Below, in pieces: positions 51,501 through 64,000 of a DNA stretch of 64,000 bases. The position numbers were made by a program, and so were the translations under genes. This DNA comes from Chiloscyllium plagiosum. Lineage: Eukaryota. The DNA is taken from positions 4,126,962-4,190,961 of the forward strand of contig NC_057758.1 in assembly GCF_004010195.1 (NCBI RefSeq), written 5' to 3'. Positions within the stretch are counted from its first letter, which is position 1. Every line of letters starts with the position of its first letter. Under the pieces are notes generated by a model. The model was not told where the DNA came from. It was given only the letters and a program-made list of their open reading frames with translations, and made no database searches.

Positions 51501-51694
51501 GAGAAAGACAAAGGCAGCGAGCAGATGGTAGGCAAGGGAGAGAAAGAAAGGAACCGACACTTCTAACTGACACAGCAGTGAATCTGCACAGTTACTGCCT
51601 TTTCTGTTTGAATTCATGTATTGCTGGACATTGGATTGTGTCTATGAATGTTAGCAAACAAACAAATTCGTAAGTGATGTTGGATGGATCTACT

Positions 51695-54600
51695 TGGGAG
51701 CGGTCACAGCGCGGAAACAGGTATGTGAATATTTTTCCGTATACCTAGCTGCAAATATATAATGGTGAGTAGAGCGGGTTCTTTCTTGATTATTTGATTT
51801 TATTGGGATTTGTCTCTTGATTAAATTTGAGACGTATTAGACATGAGTATGAAGTCAGCCTGGCACAGTGTTTTGGAGAGTAATAAGACGGTTCTGTTTT
51901 CTATGTCTGTAAATTGGAAGGAGCAACATGGCCTTTGGTAGAGAGAAAAATGCTTCTTGTCGGATTTGGGAGTTTCTCGAGAGTCTACGGGTTATTGAGG
52001 ATTTTATCTGCAACACAGTTCATTTGTTGCAAATCCTGTCTTAAAGAATGGACAGTTACAGGCAATGAACAAAGTACAAGAGCTCTGAAGTCTGAGGGAT
52101 GACCGTTACAGGAAGAGAGAAAAGCCAAAGATACAGTCAGTAAGATGGATTAACTCCAACAAAGGTAGGAGGGATAGGCAGGTAATATTCTGTGATTATC
52201 CCAATTTTAAACAAGTATGTTGTCTTTGAAAATATAGAGGGTGATGCACTTTCTTGGGAATGCAGCACAAACAGCCAGATTTCTGGTATCAAGACAGTCT
52301 ATAAAGCAATGATGAGTACGGCGAGTTCGAAGTGATCGATCGTGTTAGGGGACTCACCAGTCACAAGCACAGACTGATGTTTCTGCAGCCGACAGCGAAA
52401 AAGCAGAATGGTGTGTTGCCTCCCTGGTGCCTGGATCAAGGGTGTCACTGATAGGGTGCAAAATGTTCGCAAAGGAGAGAGGGACCAGCAGAACGTCACT
52501 GTACACATTGTTACCAACGGCTTAGGAAGGGAAAAGAATGAGAATCTGAAGGCAGAATATTGCGAAATAGCCCGGAAATTAATAATGATGTCTTCTACGC
52601 CACATATGTCTGGATTACTTCCAGCGCGATGAGCTAGAGAGCACAGGAATAGTAGAGTAGAACATACTAATGTGTGGCTAAGAAGCTGGTGCATGGGGGA
52701 AGGATTCAAATTTTTGCATCATTGGAATCTCTTCTGGGGTAGAAGTGACCTGAACAAGAAGGATGCATTGCATCTGAATTGGATGGTCTCTTAAAATACT
52801 GACAGGGAGATTTCTACAGCAGCTCCGGAGGATTCAAACTATTAACGGGCGGGGTAGGTCCCAGGGACATTTTGAGGAAAGCTATCACTCTGAGACTGGG
52901 ACCGTGCAGAAAAGAAGCTAGTCAGAAAGTCACGTCAGTCAGGAACAAAGCAGAGAACAACGTTGAACTGATTAATTAAACTGCATTTATTTCATTGCAA
53001 GAGGCCTAACAAGGAAGGCAGATGAACTCAGAGCATGGTTACGAACTCGGGACTCGGATATCATAGCAATTATAGAAACTTGGCTCAAGGATGTTCAGGA
53101 CTGGCAAATTAATTCTGTAGAAAACACATATTACAGGGAGGATAGAAAGGGAATCAAGAGAGGAGGGCAAGGTTTTTTTTGATAAGGGATAGAGTTACAG
53201 CTCTACTCGGGCAAGATATTCCCGGAATTACTACCAGTGAAGTTATTTGGATGGAACTGAGAAATAAGAAAGTGATGGTCAGCTCATTTGGATTGTATTA
53301 TAGACGCCATAATAGTCCGGGGAAATTGAGAAAGAAGCGTTTAATGAGATTTAAGTTATCTGTGAGAATAACATGGTGGTTATGGCTGGGATTCTTGACT
53401 TTCCAATAATATACTGGCACTGTCATAGTTTTAGGAGCTTAGATGGTGATGGATTTGTTAAGAGTGCACAAGAGAATTTTCTGAGTTTGCATGTGGATGC
53501 ACCTACTCTTGAGAAATCAGTGGAGCACTTCGGGGCCAGCGACCATAATCCTGTTAGTTTTAACACAGTGATGGAAAAGGAAATACCAGATCGAACGTTT
53601 GAAGTTCTGAAATGGAGAAAGGCTAATTTTACCGGCATTAGGGAAGAACTTTCAAAAGCGGATTGGGGCAGATGTTCACAGGTAAATGAATAGCTGGAAA
53701 ATGGGAAGCCTTCAGGGATGAGGTAACGACAATCCAGGTACAGTATATTCCTATTAAGGGGAAAGAATAGTCTTGTCGGTGTCAGGAAAGCTGTATGACC
53801 AGAGAAACTGAGTGTATGGTTCAGAAAAAGAAGAAAGCATGTATCAGGTATAGACTGGAGAGATCGAGTGAATCCTTAAAACAGTATAAAGGCAGTAGGA
53901 GAATACTTAAGTGGGAAATCAGGACGGCAAAAGGGAACATGAGATATCTTTTGTATTTAGTGTTGAAGAGAATCCAAAAGTGTTTTTGTAAATGCATTAA
54001 GGACAAAACGGTAATTATGGTGTGAACTTGGCCCCACAAGGATCAGCAAGGCAGCCTTATTGTGGAGCCAAAGGATACTGAACGATATTTTGCAGAAGTG
54101 TTTACTGCGGAGAAGGACAGGAAGACATAGAGTGGGGGAAATAAACGGTGAGATCTTGAAAAATGGCCATCTTACAGAGGACGGGGTTCTGGGTGTCTTG
54201 AAATGCATAAAGTTGGATAACTCCCCTGCACCTGATGAGGTGTACACTACAAATCTGTGGGAAGCTAGGGAAGTGATTACTGGCCCCTTGCTGAGATATT
54301 TGTCTCATCGATAGTCATAGGTGAGGTGCCAGATGGCTGTAGGTTGGCTGACATGGCACCTTTTTCTATTAAAGGTGTTAAGGACAAGCTAGGGAATTAT
54401 AGACCCGTAAGCCTGACACCACTGGTGCTTAAGTTGATGGAGGGGGTCCTGAGGGACAGGATGAACACATATGCTAAGGCAAGGATTGGTTTGGAATGGT
54501 AAACATGGCTTTGTCCTTGGGAAAACATGAGTGATGTACTTGATTGTGATTTTGGAAGAAGTAATGAAGAGGCTTGATGAGGGCAGAGAGCTGAATGTGA

Positions 54601-56200
54601 TCTCTGGAATTCAAAAAGGCATTCGATAATGTTCCCTATGGGAGATTGGTTAGCAAGGTTAGATCTCATGGATAAAGGGAGAACTAGCCATTCTGATACA
54701 GAACTGACTCGAAGGTAGAAGACAGACGTGATGGTGGAGATTTGCTTTTCGGAGTGGAAGCCTGTGGCCAGTGGTGTGCCCTAAGTATCAGTGTTGGGCC
54801 CACTACTTTTCATTATTTATATAAATTATTTGTACATGAACATTGGAGATATATCTAACAAGTTTGACAATGACACCAAAATTGGGATTGTAATGGGCAG
54901 CGAAGATGGCTACCTCAGATTACACCGTGATCTTGATCAGATGTGTCAATGGGCTGAGAATTTAATTTATGGAGATGAGATGTGATACATTTTGGGAAAG
55001 AAAATCTTAGTAGGACTTATACACTTAATGGTAAGGTCCGAGGTGATGTTGCTGAACGAAGAAGCATTGAAGTGCAGGTTCATAGCTCATTGATAATGGA
55101 GTTGTGATCTCTGGAATTCAAAAAGGCATTCGATAATGTTCCCTATGGGAGACTGGTTAGCAAGGTTAGATCTCATGGAATAAATGGAGAACTAGCCATT
55201 CCGATACAGAACTGGCTCGAAGGTAGAAGACAGACGTGATGGTGGAGATTTGGTTTTCGTAGTGGAAGCCCGTGGCCAGTGGTGTGCCATAAGTGTCAGT
55301 GTTGGGCCCACTACTTTTCATTATTTATATAAATTATTAGTATATGAACATCGGAGATATATCTAACACGTTTGACAATGAAACCAAAATTGGGAATGTA
55401 ATGGACAGCGAAGATGGCTACCTTAGATTACAACGTGATCTTGATCAGATGTGCCAATGGACTGAGAATTTAATTTATAGAGATGAGATGTGATACATTT
55501 TGGGAAAGAAAATCTTAGTAGGACTTATACACTTAATGGTAAGGTCCGAGGAGGTGTTGCTGAATGAAGAAGCATTGAAGTGCAGGCTCATAGCTCATTG
55601 ATAATGGAGTTGCATGTAGACAGGATGGTGAAGAAAGCATTCGAATGCCTTCCTTAATTAGGTAGAGCAGTGAGTATAGGAGTTAGAAGGTCATGTTGCA
55701 GTTGTACAGGATGTCAGTTAAGCCACATTTGGCATATTGCGTCTTCAACTTTCGTTTCCGTCCTATCGGAAGGATGTTGTGAAACCTGAAAGAGTTGGAG
55801 GGTTTGAGCGTGAAGGAGAGACTGAATAAGCTGGGACAGCCGTCCCTTTTGCGTCGAAGACTGAGGGGTCACCTCATAGTGGCATTTAAAACCAAAAGAC
55901 GTATGGAAAGGTTAAACAGACTAATTATTTTCCGTGGGGTGGGAGTAGTCCAGAACGAAATGGCATAGTTTTAGGGTGAGAGGGTACAGATACCCTAAGC
56001 CACCTAAGGAACAACCTTTACACGCTAAGGGATTGAGCTCCAGAGGAAGTGGTGGAAGCACGTATACTTGCAACATTTAAAAGGCATCTGGATGGGTATG
56101 TGAATAGGAAAGGTTTAGAGGGATATGAGCCATGTGCTGGCAAATGCGACTAGATTAGGTTGAGATATCTGGTCTGTTTCCGTGCTGTACATCACCATGA
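51695..56200 (+). mobile_element. Full-length degenerate CR1/HER1 LINE with an internal 507-bp duplication
   Basis: ORF1 esterase (IVLGDS, CLPGA, HIVTN), endonuclease (GASDHN), RT (LGPLLFIIYIN..KFDNDTKIG), 3' UTR. Many stops. Confidence 0.9.
54596..55611 (+). repeat. Tandem duplication, 507-bp period, within CR1
   Basis: TGTGATCTCTGGAATTC at 54596 and 55103. Confidence 0.9.
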
Positions 56201-56759
56201 CGATCAAAATTATAAATATACTATCACTGTATTTACTGCATTGTTTAAACTTATCTAACAGGTCTCCAACCAAGCCCGTTCTTCCATGTCAGTCGTAGAT
56301 AAATGTGGATTTGCTAGGAATGGCATCTTCAAAGGTAAACATGTGGAAAATCCGACATATCTCTCAAAATTTATTAGACCACGCATGCACAGATCACAGG
56401 CATGCAGAAGAAAAGGTGTGTGAATTCATGAATTATCCTGATGTAAATAAAAAATCTACAAATCAAATGAAACATGTTACTTCCATTCGTCTCATCAACT
56501 GAGAGAATTACTCCTTCCATACGAGATTCTGTCTGAGCTGTGGGCTAAGTTTATTATTGATGTTTTCTGTACCCGTGGGCAAGATTTCATTCTGATGACT
56601 ATTTCACTCAATTCACTCCTGCGTGAGAAATTAAATCGGAGTCGTGCGTGTGTTTTTGACAGCTTGACTATTGTATTAAGTGTAATTCATGTTAGACAAC
56701 AGTTCGACAGTACAGTAATTCCCCTTCAAGATATTCAGGAAAGGCATGTTCAGGAATAC

Positions 56760-56787
56760 CTGAAGAAGGGCTTATGCCCGAAACGTC
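56760..56787 (+). ncRNA. Minimal type I hammerhead ribozyme motif in a short Penelope terminus (about 56748-56851)
   Basis: CTGAAGA-A-GGGC-TTAT-GCCC-GAAAC-GTC. Confidence 0.75.
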
Positions 56788-57258
56788 GATTCTCCTGCTC
56801 CTGAAATGCTGCCTGACCTGCTGCACTTTTCCAGCAACACAGTTTTCAGCTAATATTTTAATAAATTGCACTTTATTCTTGCAAAGAAATGGGCAATGTA
56901 TTCAAACATCTTGTCATTCACCACCTATCACAAGGTTGATAATTTGGATTCTGAATGAAAAAACATTGAACAGAAATCTGACAAATGGTACACATCGAAA
57001 TGGTAAATAGCTAACATCACACGACGGGACAGGGTAAATCTTCAGAGGCAAGTTGTGATAACGATATAAGGGCGAGATATGGTCTTATTACATATCCAGC
57101 AATCCATAATCGAAACGTGGAGATAATTTATCTCAATTCATTCTCGCATATGTCATGAGAAAACGGTTTCGAAACTTTAAAGAAAAACATAGGGCATTGC
57201 ATTATTTCATAGACTCTATAACAATCCAAAGATGTGCAGGTGAGGTGAATTCGCCATG

Positions 57259-57295
57259 NNNNNNNNNNNNNNNNNNNNNNNNNNNNNNNNNNNNN
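57259..57295. other. Assembly gap (37 N), adjacent to an HE1 fragment
   Basis: N run. Confidence 1.
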
Positions 57296-57489
57296 TGCTG
57301 TTGCAAGTGAGAGTGATTGTTGTTTGATCTTTTAACCATGAAGAGAGTGAGGGGTTCTTCTCAATTTGACAGCTGTGCCACAGTAACATTATATTAATGT
57401 TGTTTTGAAAAATTTTTAGAACATTTTGGAAAATTAATATCCTCTCCATTCGGACATTCCGAAATTAGCATAGAATTTGGAAGGGTTCG

Positions 57490-58450
57490 TCGTCAAAAAC
57501 AGCAATTTACTTTATTGGTAAATAATCCAATGCAGCTGGGGAGAACTAAAGGAGTCAGGTGCATTGTAAGCCCCAAACACAGATGATGGAGTTGTCTGGC
57601 AGGCATCAATAGATATGGTTGCACCTGTTACTGTCCATAGAGACGTTCATCATTTGTTGATGTTTATTGCTTTGGATGTGTACATGAGGGGAATATGCAA
57701 AACGATTATATCAATGCTACATATAATTACTGTGGCGTGGATGGAAATAAAATGTTGCATTTCAATGGGGAACTCAGAGTATTTTGACCTTGTGAAGCGA
57801 GCTGCAAGTAAGAGGCAAAATGCACCCCCGCAAACACCCATGTCCTAATAGAGCAGTGAAGATTAGATTAGATTAGATTAGATTACATTACATTACAATG
57901 TGGAAACAGGCCCTTCGGCCCAACAAGTCCACACCGACCCGCCGAAGCGCAACCCACCCATACCGCTACATTTACCCCTTACCTAACACTAAACGTGCAA
58001 ACCCCACACATTCAGTCGCCTGAGGCGGGAATTGAACTCGGGTCTCTGGCGCTGTGAAGCAACAGTGCTAACCACTGTGCCACCGTGCCGCCCACAAAGG
58101 AACGAAGGAACGATGAAACACGAGGCTTATGACTCCTCCTTGATATTTCTGCCCACAACAGGTACTTCAAGCTATTGGTTTCGAACTTGCATGTTGTTAA
58201 AAAAATGCACTCATCCATGCGAGTCTAATACATTGAATTGAGCGGCCAGAAATCAGGTCGCAGGGAGGTAAGTTACACGTTGTAGAATTGTTTGGAACTC
58301 TTAACAACATGTGCAGCCTAAACATAGACAGTATGGATTGAGTATAACGTCGGAGCAATGATAAAATCATGATTTTCTGGACAGCATAGAAGTGCAATTG
58401 AGTGTCGTGGGGAGATGAGTGAATTCTGTCTTTGAAAATTCCAGATCTGT
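57490..58450 (+). pseudogene. Decayed V exon (about 57490-57807) plus C exon (58162 to about 58450), with HE1 SINE in the intron
   Basis: V: AAGEN..VRC..GVVWQ..VTVH..CCI..AA|GTAAGA. C: acceptor CCCACAACAG, then PCES..RPEIR..GL/YNV..*KC. Confidence 0.45.
57860..58093 (-). mobile_element. HE1-type SINE (internal deletion)
   Basis: A/B boxes and (TAATC)n tail. Confidence 0.88.
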
Positions 58451-58530
58451 TTGACGCAGGAGATGTGTTCATTCATAAAGATCAAGTGAGACTTAGTGCA
58501 ATTCATTTCTGCCTTTTCTCACTCATATCC

Positions 58531-59429
58531 TTATCGAACATATTTTATGACAAGAGTGAAGGGATATTTCAACATATGTTTCAACTGATTTCGGAACATA
58601 GACTGTGTCACAGCATAAATAAGAGTGTTTGTGCAGCAACTCATGAGCTGCAGCATGAAACCTATTTCATGCACAAGACCAGGTATCCAAAATGGTACAT
58701 CGCTGAATAAATACATTCTCTCCCACAGAGAATATACAATTAAAGTTGACCATAACAATATAAAATTAGCCGAGAGTACAAATAGTAAAATGACAGATTT
58801 TCTTCGATTCTCCATTTCTTGATCAGTGTGACTCTCCTCTCTTCTGTGGGCCTGGAGCCGCCTGCGGGCTCCACTTGCAATTAAAATGTGTCTGACGGTT
58901 AAAGCGTTCAGAAGCAGAATCAAGACAAACGGGACACATGGGGTCAGAATGTAATGCAGAAAATCGATTATTGTCCAGAGCAATGTCATGGCAGTGGTAG
59001 CTTCCATATAACAAAACCAGCGAGCCCTCTGAAGAGTATACGTGCTTTCATACATGAAGTACCAGACAATGTTCTTCCAGCAGCTCAGCGCAGTCACTAT
59101 TCCCAAAACCAAAGAGGCTGTTTTCTCACTGCAATATTTACGATTCAGTGTCTGGCAACAAATGGCCACAAATCGATCAAAGGTGAAAGTGACGGTGAAC
59201 CAGACAGAACAGTCAGTGGCTGCATAAAGCAGGATGGCGTGGATATTACACACGGGGAGGGAATAGAGGAAATAAAAATGCTCCCTATAAACAATCGGCA
59301 TAAGTCTCAATATCACATCGAGGACAATGACTAGTACATCTGCCACTGCCATTGCCTCCAGGTAACGACTGACAGATCCAGAGAGACCACATGTTCTGCG
59401 AAAAAGGATGATGAAAGCCATGATATTAG
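58531..59429 (-). CDS. gpr139-like: GPR139/GPR142-like class A GPCR, main coding exon (end of TM1 to C-terminus)
   Basis: Open 305-codon frame: ANIMAFIILFRRTCGLS..RYLEAMAVAD (TM1/2), FTFDRFVAIC (DRY-like), PFVLILLLN, RRKSVILL, CCTNTLIY (TM7). Acceptor CATCCAAACAG| at 59430, phase 1. Upstream exon not located. Confidence 0.9.
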
Positions 59430-59539
59430 CTGTTTGGATGAGAGGCACGTGATTAATATCGCGGAAATTCGAATGTAAAGATGATCATTTACCTTATATT
59501 GCAATGAGCAGAAATATTGGCCCAGCAAGTAGCTGAAGC

Positions 59540-59790
59540 CTGGCACAGTGGATCACTGATTGCCATTGCTGACACACAGCACCAGGGATCCCGATTAGAT
59601 TTCAGTCTCGGGCAACAGTCTGCTGGGAGGTGATAGGGGTCTACATGATTTCCCTCCCAACGTCCAAAGATGTGCAGGATAGATGGATTGGCCGTGGGCA
59701 ATTTAGGGTTACAGGGGTAGGAATTGTCTTCGTTTGGAATACTGTAGGGAGAGTGGCGTGGCTTCGATGGGATGAATGGCATGCTTCCAC
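59540..59790 (+). mobile_element. HE1-type SINE, diverged
   Basis: TGGCACAGTGG..CAGCACCAGGGATCCC..TCCAAAGATGTGCAGG. Confidence 0.7.
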
Positions 59791-59989
59791 ATTGAAGCGA
59801 AAATTCTACTTTCTACCATCCTCGCTACCTGTCTCTTGCCTTATTCAGAAAACAAGAAGGAACAGAGTCTGTCATCTATATGCCCTCTACAATTATCTGT
59901 TGGTGTGTTCTCAAAACTCCATCATTTTATCAAAGTTCGCAGAAACCCACAATTCATTGAGTATTTAGTGGCCTTTCTGTGCTCTTGAA

Positions 59990-60290
59990 GCATTTCTTTA
60001 AGCCTTCAAATATTATGGTGAACTCGGGCAAAGAAAACACCAAGAAATGAGATTATTGATCGAAAGGCAGACAACTTAATGCCTAGCAGACATTGGTTTC
60101 CTGTTCTGAAATCAATATAGATTAACAACTTCTCCCAGGAGAAGTTGTCTTCCTGGTAGTTGTCTTCCAATTCGTACACATTCTTACTCCTGATGATTGC
60201 AGTTTCAATAAGTGTGTTAAAAGTGCATCCGGTCATGCAGTATTCTCGTCACTGTTTGAGATTCTGAAATTTGACGTCTTTTGGGGTCTG
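59990..60290 (-). pseudogene. Decayed Ig V-set exon
   Basis: QTVTRILHD..GCTF..DFRTGNQCLLGI in ORF 60006..60236. Confidence 0.4.
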
Positions 60291-61537
60291 CAATTAATTC
60301 ACAGTCAGGCATTCAACTTCTACTTTGCAAAGTGATGCTGAGGGTAAGTGAAATACCTGGTTTCCTGTGAGACCCTGAAATGTCAGGACTCAACAGCACA
60401 ATTTAGAGAAGCGTGCATAAATTGTACTTTCTTGGCTAAACACAATATGACCTCCTGTCCATGAAATGAAGTGTTTCTTTTCGCGGAATGAAAAACAAAT
60501 ATCGGAATCAGAAAGCGATCCCATTTAGCGCCATTAGAGTATAGAAGTGTGCATCTCAGAATCATATCCATCAGTCCAATTCGGCCTTGTCAAAAGATAT
60601 CACAATTGAATGTAGTCCCATTTTCCAGCATTTGAACACTATCCCTCTAAATCCTTTGCATTTACGTGCACATGCACATGCATTTTAAATACTGCAGTTG
60701 TACCAGTCTCGAATACTTCATCTGGAAGCTTATTCTATACATGCACCACGACATGCGTGACAAAAATGACCCTTAGGTTCCTTTTAAATATTTCCTCTCT
60801 CACTTTAAACCGATGCGCTCTCTTTTTCAACTTCCATCACTTGGAAAAAGAACTTGGCTGTTCCATATCACCTGGAATCTCATTCGATACATGCACCATC
60901 AACGGCGTGAAACATTTTTCCTTTGGGTCCCTTTTAAGGCTCTCCACTCTCACGCGGAATCTATGCCCTATAAGTTTGCCCTCGCAATAACTGGGAGAAG
61001 GACATTGTCTGTTCACATTATCAATGGCTCTTATGTTCTTGTACAGCTCGATACCGTACTCCTCAGCCTGCTATGATGCAGGAAGAAAAATCCCAGCCGC
61101 TCCAATTAGCTCCATTCGTCCAAAATCGCCAAAATCATTGTAAATGTTTTCTGAACACTTAACACTAATAGATTAACGATCTCCTCTAACATCACCGTTT
61201 TGTGTCTTTGTGACCAAAACCCAGCAGGGACATCAGATTCTCAATAAACGGCGTGGATGGAATAAAGGTGACTTAAAATAATGCTGGAATCCACGATAAA
61301 TCCATGCTTTCACAAACAACCATCTAATAAATTATTTGCACAATACCACTATGTCACAGGGTTTCAGCTGAATGTACTGGTTTCCTCCCACTGTCAAGAA
61401 ATCTGCAGATTAGATCGCTTAACAGAAGGAAATATGATAATTGCGAGTAGATTGGGTAGGTGGGTTGCTCTGCAGAGAGTTGGTTGACTGACCTGTTCAT
61501 GCACTCTCAGGATTCTAGAGTTTAGTGAACCACTTAC

Positions 61538-61658
61538 GAACTAAGAACCAAAGCAATGCTTAAAATAATCAGTGTATACCAATAACCATTTGTCACAATC
61601 GATGTAGATATTCCTCAATGTCGAAATTCTAACGTACTGTGTTCACAATGCACCCTCT
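61538..61658 (-). pseudogene. Possible decayed transmembrane exon
   Basis: Acceptor TGTCTCTTCAG, one in-frame stop, then GYWYTLIILSIALVLS, donor GTAAGT. Confidence 0.25.
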
Positions 61659-62133
61659 CTGAAGAGACACAATCGTTGAGGATTGGGTTGAGGAAACATA
61701 AATCATATTTCCTCGTAGTTTGATTAAGTTTGGGTGCCATTTCTACATTTGCCACACAATTCCCTGACGGCTATTTTTACGAAAACTGAGAGAGAGGGGC
61801 TGTTGCATAAACATTTTCGTGAAGTAACTCCGATGACTCTGAGGAACAGGTGCTGACATGGGAAATATCGTTAAGAACAACTCGGTATTCAGAAGGGATA
61901 TCACATGTGGAGAATCGAAATGTGATTAATAATGTGTTTAACTCGCCTCAGCGCCTATGGGAGAATTGACCAGAATAGTTCCTATTTTCAGGCTCCTGAT
62001 CCATATCAACAAAATCAGCGAAGGCCAATCCATGGTCTATCTGTCAGACCAACCAGGTTACTGTTGGTCGGTTTCAATTTCACCAATCCTTGCAGTTGAT
62101 TGTGAGCCAGCATCAATGGGTATATTTCCTTAC

Positions 62134-62500
62134 CGAACGCCCCTCCACATCAGTTTCACACAGACTGATTTAATTTTTGCAAAATGCCTGGCAACTGACT
62201 GTCAATTTGCATCAATGAATTTATTGTCAACAGAATGCCTTGACGTGTCAGATTCGCATTACCCAGTTTAAGAGCAATAAGCCTGATTTTTAATTTACAA
62301 TCTGCATCCATGGTCGCATTGACCACGGGAAAGTACTGACAAATGAGCTTCATAACTCCTCGTTTAAACATAACCAGACTTGACAGTTAACTGTCATTCC
62401 ACATCAATAGATTTTTCTTCGACAGGTGCACCAAGACGAATCAGTGACCATGAGTTAACTAATGCCTTATCTCCTCTCATGCAGGATAAACATGATATTC
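62134..62500 (-). pseudogene. Decayed B7-family (PD-L1/CD276-like) V exon
   Basis: C..GMTVN(W)Q..LICQY..KIRLIALKLGNANLT..VKL, ending at donor GTAAGG. Confidence 0.55.
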
Positions 62501-62809
62501 CCACTTCAGTTTATGTTCGTGCGAAATGTCCTGAGGAGTGTAAGGCAAACGTCTTCGATAAAATGTGTTTTTTTTTATTTCAACGAGAATCCTGGTTAGA
62601 CCGGGTAGCTGGGTATTACTCGACAATTCCTGTAGCAACCAGAAGTTAATGGAAGAGTCAGGAGAATCGGTGGAGGAAAGTCATGACAGTGACTATTTAG
62701 CTTCTAATACCTCAGCTCGTGTTCATGAGAACAAGATCTGTATGAAGGGCGCATTATGGCCAAAATGTATTAGTCACCTTAACTTTGATCAAACCGTCTT
62801 CATCGAACC

Positions 62810-63309
62810 NNNNNNNNNNNNNNNNNNNNNNNNNNNNNNNNNNNNNNNNNNNNNNNNNNNNNNNNNNNNNNNNNNNNNNNNNNNNNNNNNNNNNNNNNNN
62901 NNNNNNNNNNNNNNNNNNNNNNNNNNNNNNNNNNNNNNNNNNNNNNNNNNNNNNNNNNNNNNNNNNNNNNNNNNNNNNNNNNNNNNNNNNNNNNNNNNNN
63001 NNNNNNNNNNNNNNNNNNNNNNNNNNNNNNNNNNNNNNNNNNNNNNNNNNNNNNNNNNNNNNNNNNNNNNNNNNNNNNNNNNNNNNNNNNNNNNNNNNNN
63101 NNNNNNNNNNNNNNNNNNNNNNNNNNNNNNNNNNNNNNNNNNNNNNNNNNNNNNNNNNNNNNNNNNNNNNNNNNNNNNNNNNNNNNNNNNNNNNNNNNNN
63201 NNNNNNNNNNNNNNNNNNNNNNNNNNNNNNNNNNNNNNNNNNNNNNNNNNNNNNNNNNNNNNNNNNNNNNNNNNNNNNNNNNNNNNNNNNNNNNNNNNNN
63301 NNNNNNNNN
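62810..63309. other. Assembly gap (500 N)
   Basis: N run. Confidence 1.
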
Positions 63310-63311
63310 TT

Positions 63312-64000
63312 TTTCGCAGAACATGTGGTCTCTCTGGATCTGTAAGTCGTTACCTGGAGGCAATGGCAGTGGCAGATGTACTAGTCATTGTCCTCTATGT
63401 GATATTGAGACTTATGCCAATTGTTTATAGGGAGCATTTTTATTTCTTCTATTCCCTCCACGTGTGTAATATCCACGCCATCCTGCTTTATGCAGCCACT
63501 GACTGTTCTGTCTGGTTCACCGTCACTTTCACCTTTGATCGATTTGTGGCCATTTGTTGCCAGAAACTGAATCGTAAATATTGCAGTGAGAAAACAGCCT
63601 CTTTGGTTTTGGGAATAGTGACTGCGCTGAGCTGCTTAAAGAACATTGTCTGGTACTTCATGTATGAAAGCACGTATACTCTTCAGAGGGCTCGCTGGTT
63701 TTGTTATATGGAAGCTACCACTGCCATGACATTGCTCTGGACAATAATCGATTTTCTGCATTACATTCTGACCCCATGTGTCCCATTTGTCTTGATTCTG
63801 CTTCTGAATGCTTTAACCGTCAGGCACATTTTAATTGCAAGTGGGGCCCGCAGGCGACTCCAGGCCCACAAAAGGGAGGAGAGTCACACCGATCTAGAAA
63901 TGGAGAATCGAAGAAAATCTGTCATTTTACTATTTGTACTCTCGGCTAATTTTATATTGTTATGGTCAACTTTAATTGTATATTCTCTGTGGGAGCGAAT
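63312..64000 (+). CDS. gpr139-like: Second GPR139/GPR142-like GPCR exon (partial; starts at gap, runs off window)
   Basis: Open frame FRRTCGLSGSVSRYLEAMAVAD...SLWER. About 97% nucleotide identity to the reverse complement of about 58715-59405, with 7 amino acid differences. Confidence 0.88.

Noticed and set aside
59485..59546. AAG|GTAAAT donor as the end of GPCR exon 1
   Set aside because: The required phase-1 frame has a stop immediately upstream and no TM1-like sequence.

Overview
Repeat-rich vertebrate genomic DNA. It is almost certainly from a cartilaginous fish (shark), judged from HE1-type SINEs, HER1/CR1 LINEs and Penelope-like elements. There are three assembly gaps. Most ORF-track entries are spurious or transposon-derived. 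Manual spliced translation shows: (1) an apparently intact three-exon, minus-strand beta-defensin-like precursor gene (5460->1806, 107 aa) that the ORF track misses; (2) two about 97%-identical GPR139/142-like GPCR coding exons in inverted, divergent orientation at the right end; (3) about 18 V-set and about 7 C-type immunoglobulin pseudo-exons of B7/butyrophilin type spread across the window, all heavily decayed and individually low to moderate confidence; (4) several hammerhead ribozyme motifs in Penelope termini, including a TSD-flanked palindromic twin-hammerhead insertion; (5) a SINE-derived ~54-bp satellite, an old segmental duplication, a 146-bp foldback and several recent tandem duplications. 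Boundaries of transposons and pseudo-exons are approximate. All calls come from reading the sequence by eye, with no database searches.
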